Positions 48,792-57,843 of a stretch of 64,000 nucleotides of DNA are shown here, piece after piece; within the stretch, counting starts at the first letter, position 1; every line of letters starts with the position of its first letter. This DNA comes from Candidatus Heimdallarchaeota archaeon. Lineage in GTDB: Archaea > Asgardarchaeota > Heimdallarchaeia > Hodarchaeales > Hodarchaeaceae. A model generated the notes under the pieces. It saw only the letters and a program-made list of their open reading frames with translations. It was not told the origin of the DNA and did no database searches. Location: positions 821,057 to 885,056 of the forward strand of contig CP070695.1 of NCBI GenBank assembly GCA_020353515.1, given 5' to 3'. The position numbers were made by a program, and so were the translations under genes.

Positions 48792-49077
48792 ATCTCCAAT
48801 TGATCAATACCTTTTTTACTGTCAGTTCTATCCTCTACACGCTTTAAATCTCTATTTAATACAATAGCTGCTTATTTAGCTGAATTCACACAGTTTTCTT
48901 CTAATTTTATGTGGTAAATTTCAAATGTACAAATTAATCATTTCTTTTATTACCCTAGTATTTTAAATAATTCTAGGTTACTGTGAATATTTGAGAGATT
49001 CAACTGAATATAATTTATAATTTTCTCACATTAAAATGATAACGAAATATATTTGTAAGAATTAAGAAACTACATTT

Positions 49078-49884
49078 GTGCGGTTACTTATGTACGACGT
49101 TGATCCTCTAGCCCTTCCTTTTGAATTCAAAGGATTTGGCCCCAAAAGTGAAATTGGGTGTCTACTCCTCCATTCGTTCACAGCAAGTCCAAGTGAAGTT
49201 CGACCTTTAGGAGTCTTCTTGAGAAATTGTGGGTATTCAGGTATTGCTCCATTATTACCTGGACATGGGAGTGTGCCAGAGGAGTTAAGACAAACCACAT
49301 GGTTAGATTGGTATTCTAACGCGAGAGAAGGACTTTTCTACTTAATCCAGAATTATACTAAAATTGTTGTTATTGGGGTTGCATTAGGATCAGTACTGGC
49401 AACAATGTTAGCAGCTTCTCCAGAAAGAGATCAAATTGGTGGAGTAATTCTTATATCCCCCAGTCAGCATCCTCCTTCTACATTGGTCAAAACAGTATTA
49501 CCATTTCTGAAATATATCAAGAAAAGTTTCACTACAATTTCTGATGAAGAAGCTGGAATAATTAAGGTTCTAGATGAAGAAAGAGGACAATTTTACTATT
49601 CTAAAAGACCAACTGAATCTTTAATTGAACTTTATAGAGTCATTGGGTTCACAAATCGTCGTTTATCTCTCATTACTCAACCTACATTAATAATTCATAA
49701 TGAAAATGATAGTTTATCCCCTGATTTTATTCTTGATAATCTTATAAATTGTCCCTATAAAGAAAGGTGGACTCATGAGAAGAGAGCTCGTTGGTTCTTT
49801 TACTCAGAGGAAGCTCAATCGGCTTTTGAAAAAATAGACAATTTTATAGAGACACATTGTTTCAAAGAACTAAACACTGAATAA
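49078..49884 (+). CDS. Carboxylesterase-like alpha/beta hydrolase fold, apparently inactive
   Basis: LLHSFTASPSEVRPLG...PLLPGHG...TTWLDW; the nucleophile elbow reads GVALG. Confidence 0.8.
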   Translation: MRLLMYDVDPLALPFEFKGFGPKSEIGCLLLHSFTASPSEVRPLGVFLRNCGYSGIAPLLPGHGSVPEELRQTTWLDWYSNAREGLFYLIQNYTKIVVIGVALGSVLATMLAASPERDQIGGVILISPSQHPPSTLVKTVLPFLKYIKKSFTTISDEEAGIIKVLDEERGQFYYSKRPTESLIELYRVIGFTNRRLSLITQPTLIIHNENDSLSPDFILDNLINCPYKERWTHEKRARWFFYSEEAQSAFEKIDNFIETHCFKELNTE

Positions 49885-49914
49885 TTAATCATGTGGCTAC
49901 GCTGAATTTGGTAA

Positions 49915-51540
49915 TTATCTGAACCTTTTTGGCACAATCCGATATAGTAAGCTCGCAATAGGAGCACCTATTCGGATGGTGATCCAAAAAGGAAGAATTG
50001 GAAAGAATCGAGGTATCCATGCCCCCCATACCTTACCAGGATTAAATATACCATAGGGATCGATCTCCTTCTCAAGCAATTTCATTTTACTCAATTGTTT
50101 TTGGAATATTAAGCTTGAATAAGGACTAAACCAAATGCCACTACTATATGGCTTCCCTTTCCAATGACGAGCGATTTGAATTATATCAAAGGTCCTTATC
50201 CAATGAAAAGTATACGGTAAAGAACCGAATATAGGTACAGATTTTTGTCTTATATCTGCAGGAAACCAAACAAATAATATGCAAAAGCCATCAGAAGCTG
50301 ATACAAGTTCAATCGCATATAATTTCCTTTCATAACGTTTTGTTAAAGCCTCAATGATCTCATGTAAATGAATAGTAGGAACTAGGACTTCTGCAACTAT
50401 CAAAGAAGGACCTTCGCGTTTTAATCTAATTGTTTGAAAACGTTCATCCCAAAATCTCTTACTCAAGTCATCTGATAATTCAGAAAGCTCGAACTTTTGG
50501 GTAACCTCATCAAAATCTCCATTATGCCAGTTTTTCTCCAGAAAACTCATGGAAATAATCCCACCAGCATATTCTTGGGATTGCCAAGCAGAAATATTGC
50601 CTGAACTCTTCCACAGTAGATTTTGATGATCATCAAATCGTAAGAAGAAAGGTTGGAGATCTTGATAAGCTGAGATTGCTTTAAGTAACTGGTCTTGATG
50701 AAAGGATGAAACAGCTCTATGAACCATATCAGAGAGGTTCCTAACTTTTAATGTAACCTTCCAAAGGATTCCTAACTTTCCACAACTACCAATAAAGACA
50801 TCTGGATTCACTTGGACTTCTTTTCCCTGTGTTCCAAGAATTACTGTACTCACAACACTATTATTTACACTACCGAATTTAGTTGATCCAACTCCATATC
50901 CCCCTTGGGCTACCCAGCCACCAACAGTTGACGATGGACCTGAGGAAGGATATGATTTTAAAGTCAAATTTATAGTTTCTAAATGTTTACGAAGATTCTC
51001 CCAAGTAATACCACATTCTACTTCAACAGTATGATTTTCCTCATCTATTGCAATGACTTTATCGAAATTTGTAAGCAAAACAATTATCCCATTTTTTATA
51101 GGCACTGTTCCTCCATATCCAGAAGTTCCTGCTCCACGAGGGATTAGGGGAATTCGGTACTGTTCACAAAGATCAATAATTGATCGTAATTCGCTGATGT
51201 CTTTTGGTTGTAACACTGCGAGACAGTTTAAATTGAATAAAAGACGTATAATCTTAGGAATATCGCCAATGTCTCTACTATAAAGTAGTCGCTCATATTT
51301 TTTTCTGAAAACAATCATTCCTGCATCTTGGAAGGTATTGAGCTTAATATGAATCTGTTTCCGTTGTTTTTTCAGCGTTAGAAAGTAAATTAGCAATATA
51401 CTAAAGCTTAGAATTACTAAAGCTACCCCAACAAACTGATATTCCTGATTTGGATGTAATTCTGGCAGAGCGAAGAAATATATCGATATGGTAACCAAAA
51501 AGAAGACAAACCACATGAAAAGTCTATCGTAAGTACGCAA
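49915..51540 (-). CDS. FAD-binding oxidoreductase (GlcD/D-lactate dehydrogenase, VAO family) with two N-terminal TM helices
   Basis: PRGAGTSGYGG, YPSSGPSSTVGGW, GSCGKLGI, DPYGIFNPGK. Confidence 0.85.
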   Translation of the reverse strand: MRTYDRLFMWFVFFLVTISIYFFALPELHPNQEYQFVGVALVILSFSILLIYFLTLKKQRKQIHIKLNTFQDAGMIVFRKKYERLLYSRDIGDIPKIIRLLFNLNCLAVLQPKDISELRSIIDLCEQYRIPLIPRGAGTSGYGGTVPIKNGIIVLLTNFDKVIAIDEENHTVEVECGITWENLRKHLETINLTLKSYPSSGPSSTVGGWVAQGGYGVGSTKFGSVNNSVVSTVILGTQGKEVQVNPDVFIGSCGKLGILWKVTLKVRNLSDMVHRAVSSFHQDQLLKAISAYQDLQPFFLRFDDHQNLLWKSSGNISAWQSQEYAGGIISMSFLEKNWHNGDFDEVTQKFELSELSDDLSKRFWDERFQTIRLKREGPSLIVAEVLVPTIHLHEIIEALTKRYERKLYAIELVSASDGFCILFVWFPADIRQKSVPIFGSLPYTFHWIRTFDIIQIARHWKGKPYSSGIWFSPYSSLIFQKQLSKMKLLEKEIDPYGIFNPGKVWGAWIPRFFPILPFWITIRIGAPIASLLYRIVPKRFR

Positions 51541-51705
51541 TGAGCCTTCACTCCTCTGAGAGCAAATATAAATACCATATGACTAATTCAGAATCAATAT
51601 ACTTATTTTCGATTCTTTTAGAAAGAGACTTAAAAAAACATTTGATAACCACTTAATTTGAGTTGATTATGCAATAAATTGTCAGTAATTTTTGTAGATA
51701 ATTAG

Positions 51706-52377
51706 TTGAGGAAAGGTATGAGGAAAGACGTGATAAAATACGTTATGTTTGATTTCGATGGAACCATTGTTGATTCAATGCCATTCCTTGAAAATAACGC
51801 AGTTTATCTCTTAACAAATCAATATGATTTTTCTGAAGAAGAAGCTCAAAAAATATACCGGGAAACAACGGGACTCCCCTTTCTTCAACAAATGGAAATA
51901 ATTGCTCCTGGAGAGGATAATAGTCAAATAATTAATAAATTTGAAAAAATGAAAATTGAACGAATTTATGAACAAAAACTCTTTGCTGATTCGTATAAGG
52001 TACTCGAAGAATTGAAAGAGCTGGAATATTTGTTAGGAATATCAAGTGGTACAATTGAGGCCATAATAGTCAAGTATCTGTATAAGCAAGGGTTAACCAT
52101 TGTTGATGACATACTTGGCTGGCGTCCTGGCTTTGAGAAAGGCAAAGATCATTTTAATTTTGTAAAATCGAAATATAAGTTATCTAGCTCTAATATCGCA
52201 TTTATTGGTGATTCCCTGAATGATGCTCGGAGAGCTAAAGCAGAGAACATATTTTTTATTGGAAAAGAAGGAATGTTCCAAACCAAGCATTTTCAAAAGA
52301 TTATTAGAGAAACCCCAGTTATTTCATCTTTGAAGGAAGTAAAAGAAATCCTCGAAACATGTGAGAATGAGAAATGA
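51706..52377 (+). CDS. HAD-superfamily hydrolase
   Basis: FDFDGTIVDS, ISSG, K, FIGDSLND. Confidence 0.9.
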   Translation: MRKGMRKDVIKYVMFDFDGTIVDSMPFLENNAVYLLTNQYDFSEEEAQKIYRETTGLPFLQQMEIIAPGEDNSQIINKFEKMKIERIYEQKLFADSYKVLEELKELEYLLGISSGTIEAIIVKYLYKQGLTIVDDILGWRPGFEKGKDHFNFVKSKYKLSSSNIAFIGDSLNDARRAKAENIFFIGKEGMFQTKHFQKIIRETPVISSLKEVKEILETCENEK

Positions 52378-52802
52378 ATCTTAATTCCAAATATGTAACT
52401 GGACTTCTTGTTATCGTTGTAGCAAGTATTGGACTGTTTTCCCCTATAGGGATGATCTTTGGGTCTCTAATCCTAGATGATAGTGCTTTATTTGCCTTCC
52501 CTTATCTTGTATTAGGAGTTGTCACAATAGTGGTCGGGATCTTATTTCTCATCCTTCTATTCTCTCCTGAGCGAATTAGAGGATTTAAAGCTGAATATGA
52601 AGCCTCCCCTGATTTGACACATTTTACTGTGGTTAAAACTTTTCCGAAAAGGGGACCTGAATTACCAGAAATTCCCGAAGTCGGATATTGTAGTGCTTGT
52701 GGGAAAAAAGTCTTCAAACCATTTCAATGCTCTACATGTGGTCAAATTCTTTGTGGAAAGCATTATCTCCCAGGAAGTCATACATGTATAGAGGAGAGTT
52801 AA
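52374..52802 (+). CDS. Two-TM membrane protein with C-terminal AN1-type zinc finger
   Basis: CSAC.....PFQCSTCGQILCGKHYLPGSHTC. Confidence 0.82.
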   Translation: MNLNSKYVTGLLVIVVASIGLFSPIGMIFGSLILDDSALFAFPYLVLGVVTIVVGILFLILLFSPERIRGFKAEYEASPDLTHFTVVKTFPKRGPELPEIPEVGYCSACGKKVFKPFQCSTCGQILCGKHYLPGSHTCIEES

Positions 52803-53486
52803 ATGACTCAAAAACCTGACTGGGAACAAGATTTCACCAAAAAAACCATTCTAGATAGACTCCATCTCTCTGTTCAAGAAATCTCTGAATTAGGAATTGG
52901 CTGGATAATCACTAGTGTTGTTATTCTCTTTCTATATGGGCTGATTGGTGAGATTCTTCAGACTGGAAGAATTCCTGATACAATATTGATTTTTCTGTTT
53001 ATCTGGGGGATTAGTTTTTTTGCTCATGAATTGTCTCATAAATTTATTGCAATCAGATATGGTGCAAGAGCTTACTACAAACTTAGTAAAGAGGCCCTTA
53101 TATTTACATTAGTAAGCGTTATAATTGGTTTCCCGATTTTAGCAACAGGGGCTGTTTTTTGGTGGGGAGAGGCCACTGCTTCTCCAGGTATTCGGGGTAG
53201 AGTGTCTGCATCAGGACCAATAATAAACTTTGTACTTGCAGGGATATTTCTTTTTCTAGAGGGAATAGGAATATTAATTGAAATTCCTATACTCATACTA
53301 ATCGGGGCTGTAGGTGTTTGGTTAAATGTTTTTATTGGAGTGTTTAATCTCCTCCCCATTGGGGTTCTAGATGGAGCAAAAGTACTCGCCTGGGATCCCA
53401 AAATATGGATATCATTAATTGGGAGTTTACTAGTAATTGGTTTTTTTGGAGAAGGATTTATCCCCTTCCTTGGTTCTTTCTTATAA
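52803..53486 (+). CDS. Site-2 protease (M50) intramembrane metalloprotease
   Basis: AHELSHK, SGPIIN, FNLLPIGVLDGAKV. Confidence 0.9.
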   Translation: MTQKPDWEQDFTKKTILDRLHLSVQEISELGIGWIITSVVILFLYGLIGEILQTGRIPDTILIFLFIWGISFFAHELSHKFIAIRYGARAYYKLSKEALIFTLVSVIIGFPILATGAVFWWGEATASPGIRGRVSASGPIINFVLAGIFLFLEGIGILIEIPILILIGAVGVWLNVFIGVFNLLPIGVLDGAKVLAWDPKIWISLIGSLLVIGFFGEGFIPFLGSFL

Positions 53487-53508
53487 GACGAGAATTTAAA
53501 ATCTACTG

Positions 53509-53598
53509 TTACTGAATTGGCGGAAATAAATCTCCCAGACATGATGATAGCATGAAAGTAATGATGGCATTTAGATTGATGCTATCCATCCCCGCCAT
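53509..53598 (-). pseudogene. Remnant duplicate of the 3' end of the wHTH regulator gene at 57076-57699
   Basis: Translates to MAGMDSINLNAIITFMLSSCLGDLFPPIQ* versus PAGIDSINLNSVITFMLSSRLGDIFPPIQ*; DNA colinear over ~90 bp. Confidence 0.85.
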
Positions 53599-53641
53599 TT
53601 TACAATTCAAAAAAAAAAAAGAAAGAGAGGGAAAGAATCGT

Positions 53642-55933
53642 TTAAGTTGTTGTAGCCATAGTAATTTCGATATCATCAATGATAGTCTGAGCTTGTGAAA
53701 TCCAGTTATTTGCGACTGATTCAGGGATATGTTTAGAGTTTTGTGCTTGAATATGATTTATAAATGCCTGCATGATATTTCCACATGCTTTGAGCATATT
53801 GTTGGCTCGTCGATTTCTGCCTTCAAGAATGTACTCTAGTGCTTGCTCTTTTTTCTTAGTTGCACTCTCCATTTTCGAAAGTAGACTTTTCTTAATCCCT
53901 TTGTGGATGGTTGAATCACTGATCGAATCTATCAGCTCTTGAAGTTCAAGATTGATATATCTGGCCATACTCTCCTTTGTGACTCGGACATTAAGTCCTC
54001 CTATATCACTATCACTTGCACTTGAATCAGTTTGGCTTATAGCTATAGCTATGAATTGATAGAGTGCAGTCTCCATGCTTTGCCAATCGTTTGGAACCTC
54101 AATGCAGAGTTCAACACCACCATAGGATCCAGGATTCAATGTAATATATGTCTCATCGAGGCTTGACCAATCTGGTTGAATTACTGTGGGATTGGCACGA
54201 TAAGCTCCGTTGAAATCGATGTAAACCAAAGAAAGGTCAAAAGTTTCTAGAACATTTCCAAGATTTGTCACTTCAATAGAATAAACTCCAGTTCCACCAG
54301 GATCAGTGACATCTGTGCTGGGTACTACTTGAATATCGACCTCATAAAAGGGTAATATGTGGACTTTAGCTGAATCACTATCAGTTGCTTCTAGATCGTA
54401 TAATGGTGCCTGTTGGCTGGTAGCTGTGACGGTGAACGGATAATCGCCAGGTGACGTAGACCAGTGTCTATAAGGTTCGATAGAAAGCTGAACACTGGCT
54501 GATCCATAGGCAGTTACTGCGACTTCTGATGATAATATACACGTCCATGTACTTGGTAGCCCTGAATGCAAAAGGCTAAACGTATCTCCAACGTTTCCTC
54601 TGTTGATAACAACTATATCATAGATACCGGTGTCTCCAGGAATGATTTCCTGATAGGTGGGAGTAACGATTAAATCAACGCCAAATTTCTTGACAAATAC
54701 ATCGACATCAACAACTCCAACGGTACCAGGGTGAACACCTAAGTATAGTCCATCTGTAAGCCAACTCATATCAAGCGTGTAGAGTGTGATCGTTGGGTCT
54801 CCAGTAAGCCAGTCTATCCAACTGTTGAAATCTAATTTCAGTTTAAATGCTAGCTTAAATATACTGAAATAGTACCTGAAGTCTGATAACTCTATTCTTG
54901 CATAATCGGTTGTAGTATCGTAATCATCTGCATGCACGGTAAAAGGTATTTTCTGATTCGGCGCTGTCCATGTGAGGGTGGCTCCGTTAGTAGCATCTCC
55001 ACTAGTACTAAACTTGGCTGTGATCTTGTCAGAACAAAGTTGTGGTTCAACAACTAGCTTCAACGCCATTATCCATACATCCAACAGTGTATATTCGAAT
55101 GATGGTATGGGGAAGTAATTTCCAGGGCCCAAAGGAGTGGTAAAACTCCTACGCCAATTAAGGTTTGGTCCAAAATACCAAGAATTTTCTTCCCAGCCTA
55201 CAATAGGTAACCATATACCTGCTGCAACTTCAATATTCGTTTGGAATACTAAATAGAATTCATCAAAGTCTGGTTTGTCAAGAGGGGTCAGTGTCGCGTA
55301 ACATTCGTAGTCGTGTTCAACAGTCATCTGTTCTGGGTATTCAAGTGTGATTCTAACTGGAAGTCTTATCCCAGCACCAATATTTAGATTGATATAAACT
55401 CTGCAATAACCTTTCATAACCACAATGTCCGCAGAAACATCGAGAATTTTCCAACGAAATGCAACTAATTGATAGGTAAATCCTAACAGAACATCCTGTT
55501 CCAGTAATGCGTCTTGAGTTGCTGGAATCCAATCGGTAGATTCCTCTGTTGAAGTAGGTGTTTCCACCAATAATGATTGATCTGCTGTATCCTCTCCAAG
55601 TTGTAGAGTTGAAGTCTCCATGACCATTGTTTCTTTGATTACGTCCATGGTGCCATTATGATAATCAATAATTAGCATTGTAGTTCCATTTTCATAATCA
55701 ATGTATTCTGTTGAAGCTATGGATTCTGTTGATGGAGTTCCATCATTTAAGAAAGTGGCTTGTGACATAAGTATCTTTGCTGCCTGTTCGGGTGTGTCAA
55801 AGGCGGATGATTGGTCTATGGGGTTAGTATTTACCTGAGACGCCATGTTCATGAGTGAAAAAGCGACAACAAAAAGCAAAATGATCGAAACAAAGATTTT
55901 CTTGGTGTTTCTGTCTAACCCAATTTTTTTCAT
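53642..55933 (-). CDS. Secreted/surface protein with Ig-like (COG1470/NPCBM-associated) repeats and a C-terminal FIMAH-like helical domain
   Basis: Signal peptide; repeated PGDTGIYDIVVINRGNVGDTFSL / PGGTGVYSIEVTNLGNVLETFDL; C-terminal KSLLSKME...AFINHIQAQNSKHIP. Confidence 0.8.
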   Translation of the reverse strand: MKKIGLDRNTKKIFVSIILLFVVAFSLMNMASQVNTNPIDQSSAFDTPEQAAKILMSQATFLNDGTPSTESIASTEYIDYENGTTMLIIDYHNGTMDVIKETMVMETSTLQLGEDTADQSLLVETPTSTEESTDWIPATQDALLEQDVLLGFTYQLVAFRWKILDVSADIVVMKGYCRVYINLNIGAGIRLPVRITLEYPEQMTVEHDYECYATLTPLDKPDFDEFYLVFQTNIEVAAGIWLPIVGWEENSWYFGPNLNWRRSFTTPLGPGNYFPIPSFEYTLLDVWIMALKLVVEPQLCSDKITAKFSTSGDATNGATLTWTAPNQKIPFTVHADDYDTTTDYARIELSDFRYYFSIFKLAFKLKLDFNSWIDWLTGDPTITLYTLDMSWLTDGLYLGVHPGTVGVVDVDVFVKKFGVDLIVTPTYQEIIPGDTGIYDIVVINRGNVGDTFSLLHSGLPSTWTCILSSEVAVTAYGSASVQLSIEPYRHWSTSPGDYPFTVTATSQQAPLYDLEATDSDSAKVHILPFYEVDIQVVPSTDVTDPGGTGVYSIEVTNLGNVLETFDLSLVYIDFNGAYRANPTVIQPDWSSLDETYITLNPGSYGGVELCIEVPNDWQSMETALYQFIAIAISQTDSSASDSDIGGLNVRVTKESMARYINLELQELIDSISDSTIHKGIKKSLLSKMESATKKKEQALEYILEGRNRRANNMLKACGNIMQAFINHIQAQNSKHIPESVANNWISQAQTIIDDIEITMATTT

Positions 55934-56594
55934 GTCTTTAGTTCCTCCATCTTATTTCCTGAATAGCCAGCTACTACATTATTTTTTCATAGCTGGTATT
56001 CTAATGTTTAAAAACAGTGTATATCTTGAGGATAAGTATGATAATTCCCGTATTGATGTCTACTCTGTTCCTCACTTAAAAATAGGAATATAATTGAAAA
56101 TAATTCAGATTGATTATCTTGAATTAAAAATTTCGTGGTTTAGACGATCCCCTTATATCTCTGGTTTATTTGTTTTTAAACAAGGGTATACGGTGTTTTG
56201 TTTTAATTTAAAAATTTATCTAGGCATACTAATGCACCTATTTTATGACAATGAAACTAGCTTCTTGTTTTAGGAATTCCTGATTTAAAATCATTAAAAA
56301 ACCGTTTTGTCGAGCTTGTTCATATTTTTCGTATTATTCGGCAAAAATCAACATTCGTTTTGCAATAAGTGTGGGGGAGATAATTGTGGGGCAGGTCGGG
56401 CTCTTCGATCTAATCCCTCATACTCTGGTTCCTGTGATTTGTCACGAATGAGAAGTACAATCAAAACACGTACTACCAAAAATTTCGACTGTAAATGTCA
56501 TCTACCAAGTATCAATATCAATAAAAGTCCCCTGTAAGGTGAATAGATAAGAACAGAATCCAGGTGAATAGAAACTAACATCTATAGTGCCTTT

Positions 56595-57008
56595 TCAGGG
56601 CGACCGGTCTTCTCTAGTTGGATAATTATGAGTCGCAATATGAGTTGTAACTTCCTCCTCGGCTCTAGCAGCTCCACCTGTTGTGTGAAGGGTGGGATCG
56701 TTATCGACCCAAATATCCCAGTAACCATAATCCCAATGTTTCCATTGATTAACCAGAGGAAAAGAATAAGCAAAATGATGTTGGACTGAATAAAAGCCAG
56801 ATTCCAGCTGACCCAGGACATTAGTGGTTACTAAAGGTAAAATAAACCACCCAAATGGACGTGAATGATTTTCATCAAGGGTTTTTCCTCCAATTGTAAC
56901 ATTAATGGGATAAATGATGTGCTCACACAATTCTACTATGAATTTCCTATCAGTATCTGGATCCTCAAGCCACAAAATACTAATTTTATCTCCTTGATGA
57001 AATGTCAC
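56595..57008 (-). CDS. Hypothetical protein, possibly a 5'-truncated fragment
   Basis: The open frame extends 12 codons upstream of the GTG to a stop, with no clear start signal. Confidence 0.4.
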   Translation of the reverse strand: MTFHQGDKISILWLEDPDTDRKFIVELCEHIIYPINVTIGGKTLDENHSRPFGWFILPLVTTNVLGQLESGFYSVQHHFAYSFPLVNQWKHWDYGYWDIWVDNDPTLHTTGGAARAEEEVTTHIATHNYPTREDRSP

Positions 57009-57075
57009 ATTAGCAAGGTCCCAATACCATGATTGCGTGTTATTTTAGAACAAACTGAAAAAAAAAAATGAGTTG

Positions 57076-57699
57076 CTACTGAATTGGAGGGAATATATCT
57101 CCCAGACGCGATGATAACATGAAAGTAATAACACTATTTAGATTGATGCTATCTATCCCTGCAGGTGGCTCTCTATGCTCCTCGAAGAATTTCCTCTGGA
57201 ATTTTATAAACTCCTTTACAAATAAATGCCCAGTTTCTGTACTAAACAAAAATATGGTAAAAATATTTGAATCCTCTTTGATTGAAGGATTTTGAAAATA
57301 CTGAAGTTGACTGTTAACTAAGTGATCATAAACGGTCTTCAAGATTTCACGGAACGCGATAAGAATATTTTGCATACGAAAGATTGCTTTTTCTTTTTCT
57401 TCACCTGATAATTGATCAATAGTCTCATCTGTAATCAAAGTATCTAAGCTAATAATTTCGGGGTTCAAGGCCCAATATTTTACCTGTAAATTTCCTTTTG
57501 CCTCAGTTTTGGAAACATACACCAAGTTTGCTTCCAGCAATTTTTCTAAGTTTCGAGTAATGGTTGACAGATTCTTTTTTGTAATTTTGGCTAATTGTCC
57601 TGCCGTCAACTCGGAATAAAAGACTAAATACATTGAAATTTGGCTAATTGTTGGATTATCAAATAATTCGAGTATTTTTGAGATATGTGAAGTGGACAT
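57076..57699 (-). CDS. Winged-helix (ArsR/MarR-like) transcriptional regulator
   Basis: LTAGQLAKITKKNLSTITRNLEKLLEANLV...KYWAL; ATG at 57699 preceded by GGAGTGA. Confidence 0.85.
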   Translation of the reverse strand: MSTSHISKILELFDNPTISQISMYLVFYSELTAGQLAKITKKNLSTITRNLEKLLEANLVYVSKTEAKGNLQVKYWALNPEIISLDTLITDETIDQLSGEEKEKAIFRMQNILIAFREILKTVYDHLVNSQLQYFQNPSIKEDSNIFTIFLFSTETGHLFVKEFIKFQRKFFEEHREPPAGIDSINLNSVITFMLSSRLGDIFPPIQ

Positions 57700-57745
57700 G
57701 TTATCACTCCTTGGATTATTACTCGATTTGAATGAATGCAAAAGG

Positions 57746-57779
57746 TATATAAATAGCTAGCGCTTGCATTTATGCAAGC
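57746..57779. promoter_or_regulatory. TATA-like box followed by a palindromic operator in the divergent regulator/OPT promoter
   Basis: TATATAAATA (57746-57755), then GCTTGCAT-TT-ATGCAAGC (57762-57779). Confidence 0.65.
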
Positions 57780-57843
57780 ACTTGCGAGAGTATAACTGAT
57801 AAAAATTTGTATGTTTTAATCATTTAAAAGGAATGAAGAAGAG

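Noticed and set aside
53075-53542. 155-aa minus-strand ORF
   Set aside because: Antisense to the site-2 protease gene.
55845-56821. Short ORFs 55845..56093, 56307..56537 and 56582..56821
   Set aside because: No recognisable motifs, and they overlap other ORFs or promoter regions; probably spurious.
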